Below are positions 1-13,633 of a stretch of DNA of 64,000 nt, piece by piece; position 1 is the stretch's first letter, and each line of letters begins with the position of its first letter. A model generated the notes under the pieces. It was not told the origin of the DNA. It saw nothing but the letters and a program-made list of their open reading frames with translations, and searched no databases. Location of the stretch: assembly GCA_002269645.1 (NCBI GenBank), contig NIVC01000173.1, forward strand, positions 186,001 through 250,000, in the 5' to 3' direction. Origin of the DNA: Macrostomum lignano (lineage: Eukaryota). Position numbers and translations under genes: made by a program.

Positions 1-1113
1 GATAGTACTTGATCGCAGTGTGAACGAACTGCGAGTGTCTGGTCAGCTTGCACGTGGCTGCGTTCATATTCCACAGCATCATTTTGCTGTTGGCGGTTGG
101 AAATTACTGCTGCTTTGATTAAGTGCTTCAGTCATGTTTGCTGCTCTTCCCTTCACATGGCTGTCATCAACTGACTCTCACCTGGTCCTCGTTCTCCCCT
201 CACCTGGTCTTCCACTCTCTCCCTCTTCTGGTCTTCCGCTCTCTCCCTCCTCTGGTCTTCCGCTCTCTCCCTCCTCTGGTCTTCCGCTCTCTCCCTCTTC
301 TGGTCTTCCGCTCTCTCCCTCTTCTGGTCTTCCGCTCTCTCTCTTCTGGTCTTCCGCTCTCTCCCTCATCTGGTATTCCGCTCTCTCCCTCACCTGGTCT
401 TCCAATCTCTCCCTCTTCTGGTCTTCCGCTCTTTCCTTCACCTGGTCTTCCGCTCTCTCCCTCACCTGGTCTTCCGCTCTCTCCCTCGCCTGGTATTCCG
501 CTCTCTCCCTCGCCTGGTATTCCGCTCTCTCCCTCACCTGGTATTCTGCTCTCTCCCTCACCTGGTTTTCCGCTCTCTCTCCTCACCTAGTCTTCTACTC
601 TCTCTCACCTGGTCTTTCGCTCTCCCTGACGTGGTCTTCTACTCTCTCCCTTACTTTGTCTTTGTCTAACATTCTCCATTCCTCTGTACCAATTCTACTC
701 ACCCGCTAGCATCGGAACTAACAAAATGCCCATCCAAATCTGGTGTGGAGTCTGGCAGCGTTACAAACACTTCGCACAGAACATCAACGCTGGTGTTGTG
801 CGAGAAGTACACAAATTCAGGCTTCAGCTGTTGGTTTGGGAGAGATAACAAGAATAATTAAATTTACAAACCTGATCATTATTACTAATAAGAAGATAAA
901 TTTGAATATTGCTCAATATTTTATACAAATACCAACCTTCCATTGTTCCTGAACATCCCAGACAATAATATGTCCCTCTCTGCTACCAGTTACAATACTG
1001 CTATGCTCTGGCATGAGTATTATAGATGTGATGCAATGACTAGGTGGCTCTTTGCTCCATAGTGTCACTGGCACTATACACTTGAAGGTATCAGAGTTTG
1101 TAGAAGAAAGCAT
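1..1113 (-). CDS. WDR7: WD40 protein WDR7 / rabconnectin-3 beta, 5' exons (gene continues off the left edge)
   Basis: Exons 1113-937, 827-703 and 86-<1 have GT-AG borders and compatible phases. They translate to MLSSTNSDTFKCIVPVTLWSKEPPSHCITSI...IVTGSREGHIIVWDV / LKPEFVYFSHNTSV...VSSDASG / KMMLWNMNAATC...HTAIKYY. This is colinear with the WDR7 N-terminus as I recall it (VLPIVLWGRKAPTHCIS...IVTG..DGQICLWD...LFGHTASI...SASESGEMCLWDV...HTGIQFY). Confidence 0.88.
175..660. repeat. 24-bp minisatellite (CCTGGTCTTCCGCTCTCTCCCTCA-like) in WDR7 intron 2
   Basis: Directly visible tandem units. They explain the ORFs at 123-709 on both strands. Confidence 0.95.
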
Positions 1114-1708
1114 ATTCAATCTTAGATATTTATTTTTTGCAAGTCTGAAATAATAAAATGGTTAAGTTTCTGATATAAGAAAATATGTAAATCTCCATTT
1201 TATAATGTAAGGAAAGATACAAGGTGCATGCAAGGGGTATTAGGACATTAAATGTAGGAGGGGTGCATTGAGGATAAAGGTATATATAAGGAAGTTTTAG
1301 CATAGGTCTAACTAATTTTAGCTATTGAATTTGAATATTAGATACTATCATTACATTATGCTTAATAGCTTAGAATTAACTATTATATACAAATAAGTTA
1401 TTAAATAATTACAAAATGGATAAAATAAATTGACAATAATTAATCTTAAATAAATCTATATCTAAACAAACCTATTCAATCTAAACCCATTCAATAATTA
1501 ATCCTCAAATAGTCAATACCTACAGCTAAGATACTTGTCAACTAAAAATCATAGCCTAGTAGCAATTGCCTTGCTTTGATTTGTTAATCTTTAATATATA
1601 GGCTAGTAAATAGAAGCCTATGATTGCAGAGATACAAAACAGAAGCTGTTAGCAAAAAGTAAAGATATTTAATGGTATAGTAATGTATAAGCTTTATATG
1701 GGATAATA

Positions 1709-2387
1709 ACAACAACAGACAACAGAGTACGCTGCCAGTTCACAAAAGCAGCGTCAGATGGCGCGCTTCAAAGCTTGGGCGCGAACAAAAGCCGCACCGC
1801 CGGCAGAGTCCAGGGTGCCAGCGTCAGCCAGCAGACAGTCGACGTAGCGCCGAGTCTTCGCCTGTCCCCGCCGGTAGGGTGCCTGCAACGTAAGTAGCAG
1901 CACCTCCTGCACCGGCTCCGGACAGTAGGCCTCGGCGCGGATGACGTGGCCTGCCAGCTGGAGTCGCCGACGGCGCAGCAGATTGCTAGGACGGGCCAGG
2001 CCGGCGCGATGATAGAGCGCCGTGTTGGTGACTCGCTCGTTGCCGATCTTGAAGGCGGCGCGCAGCAGGCCAGCGTGCGCCGCGTCGACTTGAGCCTCGA
2101 GCGAGTCTGTCAGCGTCCAGGTCTCGGCGTTGTATAACAGGACGGTCTCGATCACCGCCTGGAACAGCGCCGCCCTCTGGCGGTCCGGTAGGGCCTCGGA
2201 CTGCAGGACTGACCTTATAGAATGAAAGGCAGCCCAAGCAAGTCCTCGGCGACGCCGCAGATCCTCGCGGATGTCGGGAACCAGACCGCCGAGGTAGACG
2301 AACTGCTGACATCTTGGAAGCTCACTCGCCTGTCCGTCAGCGCCTCGGCAGAAGATTGCAGCCTCGGTGTCGTCCGGCACGCATAGC
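1709..2387 (-). mobile_element. 5'-truncated non-LTR retrotransposon (RTE/CR1-like reverse transcriptase C-terminus)
   Basis: ORF 2389-1754 carries QQFVYLGG, ALFQAVIETVLLYNAETWTL and RRRLQLAGHVIR, typical of the RT thumb/C-terminus of these LINEs. It ends in a (TTG)n-like 3' tail. An 11-bp TSD ATGGGATAATA lies at 1698-1708 and 2388-2398. Confidence 0.92.
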
Positions 2388-2862
2388 ATGGGATAATACT
2401 CACTGTCATAGTCATAGGCTCATATGCTCATAAACTATTCTATTTTTCGAAATAAAACCTAAATATTTGATTAAAAAATACTTCTCTATAAAACTGCAAA
2501 GCTTCTATTTGAAGTAGCAACAAACTGTCTTAGTACCAAGATTTCTGACATTAGGCTTAACAATCTTGCTACCTTTTTGAATTAAATTTATGTTGTTTGA
2601 ATTTATAATTCATTTTATAACAATGAATTATGAATTCATTTATTTATTATTTAAATAATAAATAAATTAATTAATTCAATTTATTTAACTATGTAAGCTA
2701 TTCTATCTACTTCTACTACGAGCCTTTTGACAAAATGGGAACCATGTTTGACAATTAAAAGAAAAAAGAAATACTGTTTATTGCCTCCATTTGCCCTCCT
2801 CAGTCCTTCACAGTGTAAAAAATTGACTTCAATGCAAATGTGATCAATTGTGTTATTGTAGC

Positions 2863-3147
2863 AATGGCTAGAGTTCTGGCACTGGAACCCATTTTCTAAC
2901 AGCTATGGATCTGGAAGTGGTATTCCAGTAGTGCAATTTATGGGTATAATATAGCAGAAACATTTTACTTTTTTAATGGGTGGTTGATATTATTATTGAG
3001 ATTTTGTTCAACAAGATAAAAAAATGATGAGATTCAAAACAAGATACTTCTAATGTTCAAAGACTTCATTAGTAGATAACTGCCTGCAGAAGACTGCCGG
3101 ATCCGGAGCATTAGAAAACGGGTTCCGGTGCCGGAACTCTAGCCATT
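2863..3147. mobile_element. MITE-like foldback element with ~55-bp imperfect terminal inverted repeats
   Basis: 2863-2918 (AATGGCTAGAGTTCTGGCACTGGAACCCATTTTCTAA...) is the reverse complement of 3093-3147 apart from CpG-type changes. No clear TSD. Confidence 0.6.
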
Positions 3148-4105
3148 ACCATCAATTGCAGCTGCAGCAGATTGCAGTAGGCCCCACAGAATATATTCTG
3201 TGGTAGGCCCTTACAAAAATATTAGTCTATGCCAATGTTATTCGTGCAGCATATAACAAGAAAGTTGGTGAAAAAGAGATAGGCCTAGATCTTACAATAA
3301 AGAAATACCAGATATTATTGATATTACGATTACCAAGCAATATTACTTTTTGACGCATATTTGCTCCTTCAACTCAACTTAATGACGCCGTTAACACATC
3401 TGGTGATTCGAAGAAAAATAGGATCTCAAATTTTGTAATTTATAAAATCATAACAAATGCCCGCAATGTACCATTATTAGCAGCTGCTAAAACCCTTGCG
3501 AGAGATAGAGTGCTAAAATACTTAAAAACAGAGTAAGAGTATCTTCGTTACATGTTTGTGCTTTTTTTAAAAAAAAACGCTATTCGTCGTATACTAACCA
3601 ACCGACGGCGGCGGACAAGACAACATAAGCAGCCTAGGTTGCCAAGCGGTACATGGGGTGGAATTTGATCAATAGCTTCCTAATGCTCATGCCGGTAAGC
3701 ATGATGATCATTTTAGTAAAAAGTCATTAGTTTTTTAATATTTATTTTCAAACATGCTTAACAACGATTACAACTTCTTAGTCTACAAGACTACAACTAT
3801 TGAACTACAACTAAATACAAGACAATCCCCTGGGAGTGGGACCAATTTCATGAAGCACATGAAGTGCTTCAGCAGCAGCAGCAGCTAGGGCCTAACCGAC
3901 AGTTAAGAAGTTTTGGTTTCATCTCTGAGCTGCTTAGCTTAATTGCAGCTGCTAGTTAGTTAGCAGTAGGGTTGTGCCATAAACAAACATCTGGCATAGT
4001 TCTAGTTTACTTCGTTATATTATTTCATAATTCTACTTTACTTCGTTATATTAATTTCATGTATTTTTTTGCATCTGTACTCTTACCACAACCCTTTCAG
4101 CCATT

Positions 4106-4510
4106 ATGGCCAGTTGCCTAGCTGCACCGACAGTTATTTGTCCTGCAAATGAAATTGTTAATGCTGCCAAGCTTTTAAACTATACTAAAAGAAACTTCAG
4201 AATTCGTGAGATGGTGGAAGCCAGTCGGGATGACTTCACCACCATGAAGTGGCTTGCGAAGCATCACTTGATTTCTAACCAGTCAAGATGTAGGCCCCTC
4301 AATGTGACATAGACATGCATTTGCAATGTAGATAGGGAAGCATGTTCATTGACGGCTATGCCTGGTACACACAAACTGCATCGAGGGGACATGGGCCCTG
4401 GCCAAGAGGTGCCTGCGTGCCATGCATAGAACAAGCAATGCGCTTTTTGAGGCCCATCTTGAGGAGTACATCTGGCGCCGCATGTACCATAACAACCCCT
4501 TTGGCACCAG
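4106..4510 (+). pseudogene. Internally deleted Merlin/IS1595(ISXO2)-like DNA transposase remnant
   Basis: An N-terminal MKWLAKHHLISNQSRC segment and a C-terminal MHRTSNALFEAHLEEYIWRRMYHNNPF segment resemble the Merlin termini (..L.EF.WRR). The DDE core is absent and I could not find TIRs. Confidence 0.5.
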
Positions 4511-6213
4511 GCACCGTGCTGTATTAGGCCTCTGTTTATTATCCTGTTTAGGACTTGACTTGACCTTGAACCTGAAATTGATAGAAAAACAGGGTAAAAT
4601 AATTTAACAAAAGGCAGAATAATATAACGAAGTAAACTAGAATTATGCCAAACATCTTTGTGGCAGGAACATATAGGTTCTCAAGCCAAAATGAGAAGGC
4701 AAATATTGAATAGGCCCTATGAAGTGGCTTTTTGTGGCTTTGATTGAATTAAAATGGTGCCCATACCATAGAATAGAAGAAACTTTTTTATCCTTGATGG
4801 GAGCTTGCAAGTCAATGTTTGGAAGTTTTTCTAACATTTCTAACTAGGCCTAAGGCAGAGCAAGAAGAGAAAGGTGTAGGCCTAGGAAAATATTAGATCT
4901 ACCATGGAGTCCAATGGACTGAGCAAATCAATGTTTGCTCAATACTCATATAAAGTCAGACTTTTACTTCTTAGCTTATGGCAATGTGGCATTGTATTCT
5001 AACTCTGGGGCCTAGGCCAATATGATCTACTAGAAAATTAAATCATGTTTTTGGATTCATTTGGAAACACTACTTGAAGTCATCACTGCATCATTATTTA
5101 CATGATCTTTAAACTCTCTTGGCCAATAATTTTTGACCAGAATATCAGCAATTTTAAAATGTTTCAAATAGTAAAATTTCCATTCTTAGCTAACTCTTGA
5201 AAATGCTAAACTTTAGGCGTTTAGCAGTTAAAATTGTGTTTTTAGCTAAACAAACTGCTATTATAAAACTGCAAATTAGTAGTCTACTAAAAACTAAGCC
5301 TTTTGACCATAGAGTATAGACATTGTTTAGAAACTCCTCTTATCCTATCCCATTGCTAAGCTTAGGCTTATGAAGCCAAAAGTTAGTAGATTGGTAAAAA
5401 TTAGATATTAAACTAAAAAAAAAGCCAAGCAGGGCCTAGTAGCTAGGCTCCTACTAAATGGTAGCAGCAATGCTTCATGAAATTGCTCCTTTGCCTCTGC
5501 TCAAGTAAGGCCGAGGCCCTAGGGCCTAATCAAGTTCAAGTAGGCCCTTAGACTAATAATAAGAGTTGATAGTTATAATTTATGGGAATGACCTAGACCT
5601 ATAATTCCAGTGCAATACATAGAACCTAAGCCTAGCTAGTTGCAGTTAGAGATTATATGAACATAAACCAAAACAAAAAAACAATAGATAAAGACTTCAT
5701 AAGAATCTATGCTAGGCCTAAGGCTAAGCTTTCTGGCAATTTAATATATATATATGATAGGGGCATAGGCAATAGTAATTGCCATATTAGCAATAACAAC
5801 CTAAAAGTTTTGGCAAAAGCATATAGGCTATGATTAGAATAAATGAATAAAGATTGATAAGATGAATGAGCAATTTAAATATAAAAAACTTTTAGTTTTA
5901 GTAGACTGTTATTAGTATAATGGCAAATAAAACTATTTAGGCCTAAGTATTGTACATGATAGTTTTTCTCATGTCATTGTTATTTATAAGATATTAAAAG
6001 AATCTAGGAAATATTTATGTTTATAGGCATAGCTCAAAATCTGTCAACTAATATATATATAGGAATATAAAAGCTTTGTGCACCTATGCCAAAAGCTTGC
6101 ATTTAGAGGGAGCAATTGTAATAAATATTTAAGTAAATGACCTTTTAAACAACTATGTGTCTACTCATAAGTCATACACTCATACTTGTTACAATTATAA
6201 CAATTTTAACTGC

Positions 6214-9200
6214 ATGCATCAATTAGCAAAGTCTGGGCAGCATCATCACTCTGCTATTATGAATGGAACTCCAGCTCATAGTCAGCCCAATGCTGGGCCG
6301 CCACATCATCAGCATCATCCAGTACCAATGTCGCCTCATCAACACCTGCCACCAACACCACAGCCGCCCCCATTCTGGTGGCCATTGGGCTCCTATCACG
6401 CTGCCGCCGCTGTCTATCAGGCCCAAAGCGGCAGCAGATATGAACAATTGTATAATCCATTTAGCGGAGCAGCCTATGGCCAGCAGCAGCAACAGCAGGC
6501 TCCGTCGCCTAGTGATGACCAACGGCAGCCCGTTTCCTCTGCTGTTCAACAGTGCGCGCCGCCGCCACTGCCTCAGAATTCTACTCTGACAAGGAATAGC
6601 TCAGCGAACGAGAAGCCATTGACACAGCAGCAGCAGGGGGAGCAATCTTTTTGTGGATTTAAGTGCAAGATCTGTCAGCAGGTGAGCGTTTATTAATTGA
6701 CAGCCAATAGCGAAGATCGATGGATTCAGGATGGGTGGCACAGCTGATCACTAGCTTCAGGAATGGGTGAGACAGCTGATCACTAGCTTCAGGAATGGGT
6801 GAGACAGCTGATCAAAGAGCTTCAGGAATGGGTGAGACAGCTGATCAAAGAGCTCAGGAATGGGTGGCACAGCTGATCAAAGAGCTTCAGGAATGGGTGG
6901 CACAGCTGATCACTAGCTTCAGGAATGGGTGAGACAGCTGATCAAAGAGCTTCAGGAATGGGTGAGACAGCTGATCAAAGAGCTCAGGAATGGGTGGCAC
7001 AGCTGATCAAAGAGCTTCAGGAATGGGTGAGACAGCTGATCAAAGAGCTTCAGGATGGGTGGCACAGCTGATCACTAGCTTCAGGAATGGGTGGCACAGC
7101 TGATCAAAGAGCTTCAGGAATGGGTGGCACAGCTGATCAAAGAGCTTCAGGAATGGGTGGCACAGCTGATCAAAGAGCTTCAGGAATGGGTGAGACAGCT
7201 GATCAGCTTTAGGATGGGTGGCACAGCTGATCAAAGAGCTTCAGGAATGGGTGGCACAGCTGATCAAAGAGCTTCAGGAATGGGTGGCACAGCTGATCAA
7301 AGAGCTTCAGGATGGGTGGCACAGCTGATCAAAGAGCTTCAGGATGGGTGGCACAGCTGATCACTAGCTTCAGGAATGGGTGAGACAGCTGATCACTAGC
7401 TTCAGGAATGGGTGAGACAGCTGATCACTAGCTTCAGGAATGGGTGAGACAGCTGATCAAAGAGCTTCACGAATGGGTGGCACAGCTGATCAAAGAGCTT
7501 CAGGAATGGGTGAGACAGCTGATCAAAGAGCTTTAGAATGGGTGGCACAGCTGATCAAAGAGCTTCAGGAATGGGTGGCACAGCTGATCAAAGAGCTTCA
7601 GGAATGGGTGGCACAGCTGATCAAAGAGCTTCAGGATGGGTGGCACAGCTGATCAAAGAGCTTCAGGATGGGTGGCACAGCTGATCACTAGCTTCAGGAT
7701 GGGTGGCACAGCTGATCAAAGAGCTTCAGGATGGGTGGCACAGCTGATCACTAGCTTCAGGAATGGGTGAGACAGCTGATCACTAGCTTCAGGAATGGGT
7801 GAGACAGCTGATCAAAGAGCTTCAGGAATGGGTGAGACAGCTGATCACTAGCTTCAGGAATGGGTGAGACAGCTGATCAAAGAGCTTCAGGAATGGGTGG
7901 CACAGCTGATCAAAGAGCTTCAGGAATGGGTGAGACAGCTGATCAAAGAGCTTTAGAATGGGTGGCACAGCTGATCAAAGAGTTTCAGGAATGGGTGGCA
8001 CAGCTGATCAAAGAGCTTCAGGAATGGGTGGCACAGCTGATCAAAGAGCTTCAGGATGGGTGGCACAGCTGATCAAAGAGCTTCAGGATGGGTGGCACAG
8101 CTGATCAAAGAGCTTCAGGAATGGGTGGCACAGCTGATCAAAGATCTTCAGGAATGGGTGAAACAGCTGATCAAAGAGCTTCAGGAATGGGTGGCACAGC
8201 TGATCAAAGATCTTCAGGAATGGGTGAAACAACTGATCAAAGAGCTTCAGGAATGGGTGGCACAGCTGATTGTGGTTTGGTTGGAATTTGAACTCGCGAC
8301 AGATTCCCACGCTTTTAATTAACTTGTCGAAGCACAAATAATGGATCCCATGCAATGATGCAACGACCATGTCAAGGAAACAATGGGAATATATAAAGGT
8401 GGCAGTCCTAAACTACGCAAAAAGATTGGATAACAAATTGACCCTCACTTCCGTTTTTTTTTCAAAATTGCGGGACTTAATGCAGAGGTCGTTTAACTTT
8501 TTTTTACCTCAAGGGCTAGATGAATAATCTTTAGATAGAGAAAATAAAAGACAAAAGAGAGAAAGAGTAAAGGAGACAAGAGATTAAAGGAGAGAAGACG
8601 AGAAGAGAAAAGGTATGAGAGCTGAATATATAAACCTTGATCGGGCCGAACAGAATGAAGTGTCAAAGGACCCAAAGGCTGGATAGAGGTTTTGCAACCT
8701 ACTGAGATAAAAGGCATATAAGCGTTTGTATCAGACAGAAATGAAGTTCTGTAGCTAAAATGTATTCTCCACTTGATTCTCTTTTAACCAGAGAGGAGAG
8801 CCTTTAAAGCAGCTGGCTTAGTTATCAACTTAACGCTTTACTGTTCACTGTCTATGGCCCTAAGGTGGTCTGTTCAGCAGCCAATTAGAGAAATCAATCC
8901 TTTCCTCAGTCCGCAAGTCCTCAACAGGAAAATACCAAGACCCAGACTTAGGGTCTTTGTTCTAAACAGTCCTCTTCAAATCTTGAGTCTTGGTTGCCTT
9001 TTCTTGTTTATATAGACTTGTTTTTTTGTCCACTATAAGTCTTTGTTAGGACCAATATTGCTCCCACAATTCTTGTAGTATTATATATACTCGTAGCATA
9101 CCTCCGTGTTTCCTTGACTGGCCAATTGGGGCCAATGCTAAGTAGTGCTAAGTTCACAAGTAATATGCTGGCTTAAGGCTTTGATGTCTATTTATACGAG

Positions 9201-10196
9201 CTAGTTACTAATTTGAACCTCTTAGGAGCCTAACTTCTATAAATTCTATAGGATATACTCAAGAACTACTCAAAGTAGGGCAGGAAACTACGTTTCTTTG
9301 GAAAATTTTAGGAGCCATTTTTTACCGAAAAATTATATTACGGAGAATGGAGGTTTTCATTTTTCTAGCATAAGATTTGTAATTGCTTTTATATCGAATG
9401 TCAGCATGTCAAAAGATGAACATTGGGTCTGCCCCAGTTTTGGTTAAGACCTCAAATCTATCGAATGCGAATGCAATGTTTAATATTTGGAAGCCGGCTT
9501 TTCCCAAGCTGCAATGCATTCCCTGCCTCATCCCCGTTCACCACACGCCAACCGCAGCTCTGCTTCAGCAAGCAGGATCTGCAACAGCACAACAGTGCGG
9601 CGCACAAAACTGACGCCAGGCCGCACCAATGCGACACCTGCGGTAGGCAGTTCGCTACAGCTGCCTACCTGGGCCAGCACAGGCGAATTCACACCGGTCT
9701 GAGGCCGTACGGTTGCAAATTCTGCGACAAGCGATTCACCCAGCTGTCTCATGTGCAGCAGCACGAACGGGTGCACACCGGTGACCGGCCCTATCGTTGC
9801 TGTCACTGCGCCAAAACTTTCGCCCAGATGAGCAACCTGCAGAGTCACCAGCGCCAGCATCAGCGCGACAAGCCGCACAGGTGCGCCGCCTGTCGGGCCT
9901 GCTTTGACACTCGCGACGATTTGGACACGCACACGGCTGCAAAGCACGGCGCCAACAGGTACAGCCGGGTGCTGCTGTGTAGGATCTGCAACAAGGCTTA
10001 CAATTCCGAGACTTATTTGGCTAAGCATCTTAGTAAGCACGAGCAGCAGTATAGGCAGGCTGGCGACGTCGGCGCCGGCACTAGCAAAGATAACGCCGCC
10101 GCTAGCGACGAGGTCGGCGATGTCGGTGGAGGAGTATCGTCCTCGACTGCAGCCGCGGCAGCTGCTGCGGTGGCCGCTTTTAAGTTTCCATTCTAG
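6214..10196 (+). CDS. lin-29: C2H2 zinc-finger transcription factor, rotund/squeeze/lin-29/ZNF362-384 family
   Basis: Exon 6214-6681 (Q/P/H-rich, ends FKCKICQQ|GTGAGC) joins exon 9558-10196 in phase 0 and completes the finger CKIC-x12-HNSAAH. The following fingers (FATAAYLGQHRRIH, FTQLSHVQQHERVH, FAQMSNLQSHQRQH, YNSETYLAKH) match the rotund/lin-29 array. An upstream exon is possible. Confidence 0.85.
6728..8270. repeat. 33/32-bp minisatellite (GGAATGGGTGGCACAGCTGATCAAAGAGCTTCA) in the zinc-finger gene intron
   Basis: Roughly 46 visible units with a few recurring variants. Confidence 0.97.
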
Positions 10197-10351
10197 ATGG
10201 GTTTAAAAGACATTTGATCTTACCGACATAGCGATGGTTGTGTCTTTCTGTGTTCAAAAATTTAACACTTGTTCGATTAATTGGTATATCATTTTTCATC
10301 CTTTTTCAGCGGGATTTTCAATTTTAAATTTTCTGTACAGATATATACTTG

Positions 10352-10640
10352 CATTCATCCTTGAGAGTGGAATTTTCCATTCATCCTAGAGAGTGGAATT
10401 TTCCATTCATCCTTGAGAGTGGAATTTGCCATTCATTCTTCAGATTGGAATTTTCCATTCATCCTTGAGAGTGGAATTTGCCATTCATTCTTCAGATTGG
10501 GATTTTCCATTCATCCTTGAGAGTGGGATTTTCCATTCATCCTTAACATCCTTGGGAGTAGAATTTTCCATTCATCCTTGAGAGTGAAATTTTCCATTCA
10601 TCCTTGAGAGTGGAATTTTCCTTTCATTCTTAAGTGAAAA
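10352..10640. repeat. 26-27-bp tandem repeat (CATTCATCCTTGAGAGTGGAATTTTC)
   Basis: About 10 visible units downstream of the zinc-finger stop codon. Confidence 0.9.
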
Positions 10641-11871
10641 TTTCCAGTTGCACCTGCATTAAAAATGTTTTTGAATTAAATTTTCCAGTTAGCCTTAATA
10701 GTCGTATTAATGTAATGTTTAGCCTTGGCGATGAAATTTGAGCACTTATTATCCTTAGATGTATAAGTCTAATTGAATGAAAATTTTAGTGTCTTAGAAA
10801 AAGTGGTAATGCCTATTCCATTGTCGAAGGGTTTTTAGTGCCAAAATAATGTGTACTTTTCAAGAATTAATGTGTTACTTTTCAATAACTTGTACTTTTC
10901 AAGTTGATTGTACAAACTGTGTCAGCGTACTAATATTACTATTAATAATAAATTATTTATCAGTTTTTATTACGAGTACATATCATGTACACGAGTTACA
11001 CATCTTCCCGCTTTACTCTTGTACACATCGTATACTATAATTTATTGCACTCATTATCCTGCAATTTTCTCTCGATAATGATGCGTCCTTTTACTGCTGG
11101 ATTTGATTTCATTTATGAACAGGTGTCTCTAGTCTGTTAATATTATTAGCTTGATTGTACATGTAATGCCTAATCCTAAATCTGTACTATAAAAAGCTTA
11201 CTTAATAATAATAGTACCAGTAAGTAGTCTACAAGATGTAGCTTTTTACAGACATGCATGAAATAAACGAAATTCTCAATGCTACTCACTGTACTTTTCT
11301 GTAACTGCCTGCGCCTGAAAGCTTTTTAAATTATTTGTTAATTTTTTTATTCTTCAACCACGCCTATGCAGAAGCTGAAAAATGGGGAAAGAAAATTCCC
11401 AAAGAAACTGATGCTTTTCCCAGCCCCAATGACCCATGCAGATTTAAAAACAGTGTCATATTTACAAATCTAATCGCCTTGTCCTAAAATAATAGAATGG
11501 AAAATTGAAATTATGTGTTCTCAGCTGCATGTTCAGTAATAGATTCGTCAGTTGCGCCATTGCAAGTAGTGAAAACAATTGCGTAACAAGAGCAGACATC
11601 AATTGCAAAGTTTAGAGCATAAATTTAAGGGCGTCATAAAATGCTGTACATTATTAGATAGAAATTTTGGCAGACAACTCAAATGTACATATTTCTTGAG
11701 ATCTATTGTGATTAAGGGATTGAGAAACAATGAACAGACTATGTACATTCATAAAAGTAGAACATGCCTCTTATCACAAGTTTGCTAACACGCAGACTTC
11801 CTTTGAAAATAAAGTTGCAGTCAATTGAGACAATTACCGTCAGTACTCAAAATCAGTTCTCTGGCCTCGCC

Positions 11872-13633
11872 ATGCCAAACTTTCGACGCACACATGAAGA
11901 GAATCGTATCTGGTGCTGCATCCTCTGCTTCCGCAAAGCCGATCGCGTTATTTCAGCTGCTCAGGCAGAACTCATCGAGCAATTTATCCTGCCAGAATTC
12001 TGTCATGCCTACATCCGTAATACTCTGCCAGGAGGCATGTGCAGCTGCTGCAGCAAGAAATTGCAGTCACAGACGTCACCTGTACCACAAGAACTGCCTG
12101 CTCGACTGCCATACCTTCAAATTGTTGCAGACTTGGAGGTTTTGCCACAACTCACACGTGAGCATCCGCACTGCTCCTGCTGTATCTGCCAGGTGGTTTC
12201 CAGCCCATCAAACAAGCGAGTGGCGGTCTGGCACCCATACATGCCTGACAGCAGCCGGGCCAACCATAAATTGCCCCAAGGACGACCTGCATATGCAGAA
12301 ACAACTCGAAGCCAGGAAAGAGACTCGGAGAAGCGCTGCACTAGGTGCTAGGTGGGCAAAGGCCTGAGGCAAGAGTGCAGCGTCTCCAGCAAGTTGCAGT
12401 ACCTGCGCGCGCTCAGCCCTACATCAAAAGAGCACATCGCTCATGACGTAATGCGTGAAAAGCTAAGAGCAGCAGCAGCATCAGGACATGGATCAATGGC
12501 TTCTATTTCCAGTGCCACCGGTGGCCCACCAATGCAGCTGAGGCATGCAAATGATTCAAATGAGCAGAGAGCGCTGAGGACAGAGACACTAGTAACGTTA
12601 AAGACATCTCTCGATCTGAGTGACCGGCAGACAAACATGGCAGCCACAATTATCAGGCAGTCGTAAGGCCGTGCAACCCGGACTGCGGGCAGCCGCAGGC
12701 AGCATCGCGGAGAGTTTTTTTGAGATGCGGCAGCTCAAATTCACTCAAAAGTCCTCAGCAGTGTTGCCACGCCACACTTTGCCCATTTTTCTTCCGCAGC
12801 ATAAGAGAAATTCCGCAGGGTAGAAAAATATGTCCTAACCAATGCAAGCCCTAAAAATGAAGCTAGACACCATTTTTACTACTTTTTAGGTTCACAAACG
12901 CCCTACCCAAGGCTGTTTTGCGCTGGTTCAGATGACCCCCCTAAGCCAGTTTTGAGCTAAAACTTCATCTCGCTGCAACTGATGCAGCTAGCTGTGAATG
13001 CATGCAAGCCGCAAGCGCGCAGGTGAATGGATAAGCAAATTCCATTCTGTATGCTCAGAAATCTTGGTACGAGGAAAGCACAGGGACAGGAAAGGAAGGG
13101 AGAGGGACAGAAAAGGAGAGGACAGGAAAGGAAGGGAGAGGATAGGACAGGAAGGGAGAGGACAGGACAGGAAGGGAGAGGAATAGGAAGGGAAAGGACA
13201 GGAAGGGAGAAGACAGGAAGGGCAGGGATACAATAAAGGTGACGGTGATCAGATGACATCAGGTAGTCTGGATCGAGTATAGAAAATCAGAAAATCACAA
13301 GAACAGTGCAACAAAATCGCAGCATAACAATTTCCACAAAGATATTGAACAACAAACCGAACCAGTAGTCAGTATTGGGGTATTGGGGTATAACATGAGA
13401 GCAAATTCAGAAATGAAAAATTTCCGTAGAGTACGAAAATCCCCTTGATTTTCCGCAGGTCTACTTAAAATTTCCTCACTGCGGAAATTCCGCAGCTAGT
13501 GGGAAGACTGGTCCTCAGGTGGCAGCTTTACTGATACCACAAGATGTTCCGTCATATGCCCCAATCTGCAGGGCCTGCTGAGCTTCATTTGCTCAAAGCG
13601 AGGATTTAGTGAGATCGATGTGAGATTGAAGCT
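11872..13633 (+). pseudogene. Decayed Chapaev/RAG1-N-like DDE transposase, 5' part (interrupted by the pPolB element)
   Basis: N-terminal H-x7-C-x2-C...P-x3-C-x2-C...H-x2-C-x-CC-x-C...GRP zinc-finger pattern (THEENRIWCCILC...LPGGMCSCC...HPHCSCCIC...QGRP). In-frame TAG at 12349 and a frameshift near 12666. The last stretch 13500-13633 reads ...VICPNLQGLLSFICSKRGFSEIDVRLKL. The family name comes from motif memory and was not searched. Confidence 0.65.

Noticed and set aside
123-709. Four overlapping 127-191-aa ORFs on both strands
   Set aside because: They are translations of a 24-bp minisatellite inside WDR7 intron 2.
3184-3203. Perfect 20-bp palindrome CCACAGAATATATTCTGTGG, and an 18-bp inverted repeat at 40220-40298
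   Set aside because: Too short and isolated to assign. They may be transposon footprints, but I have no TSD or family evidence.
7040-8370. ORFs encoding an amphipathic-looking (QEWVAQLIKEL)n repeat protein
   Set aside because: They come from the 33-bp intronic minisatellite. Interspersed 32-bp units break the frame, there are no splice sites to include it, and the flanking exons join in frame without it.
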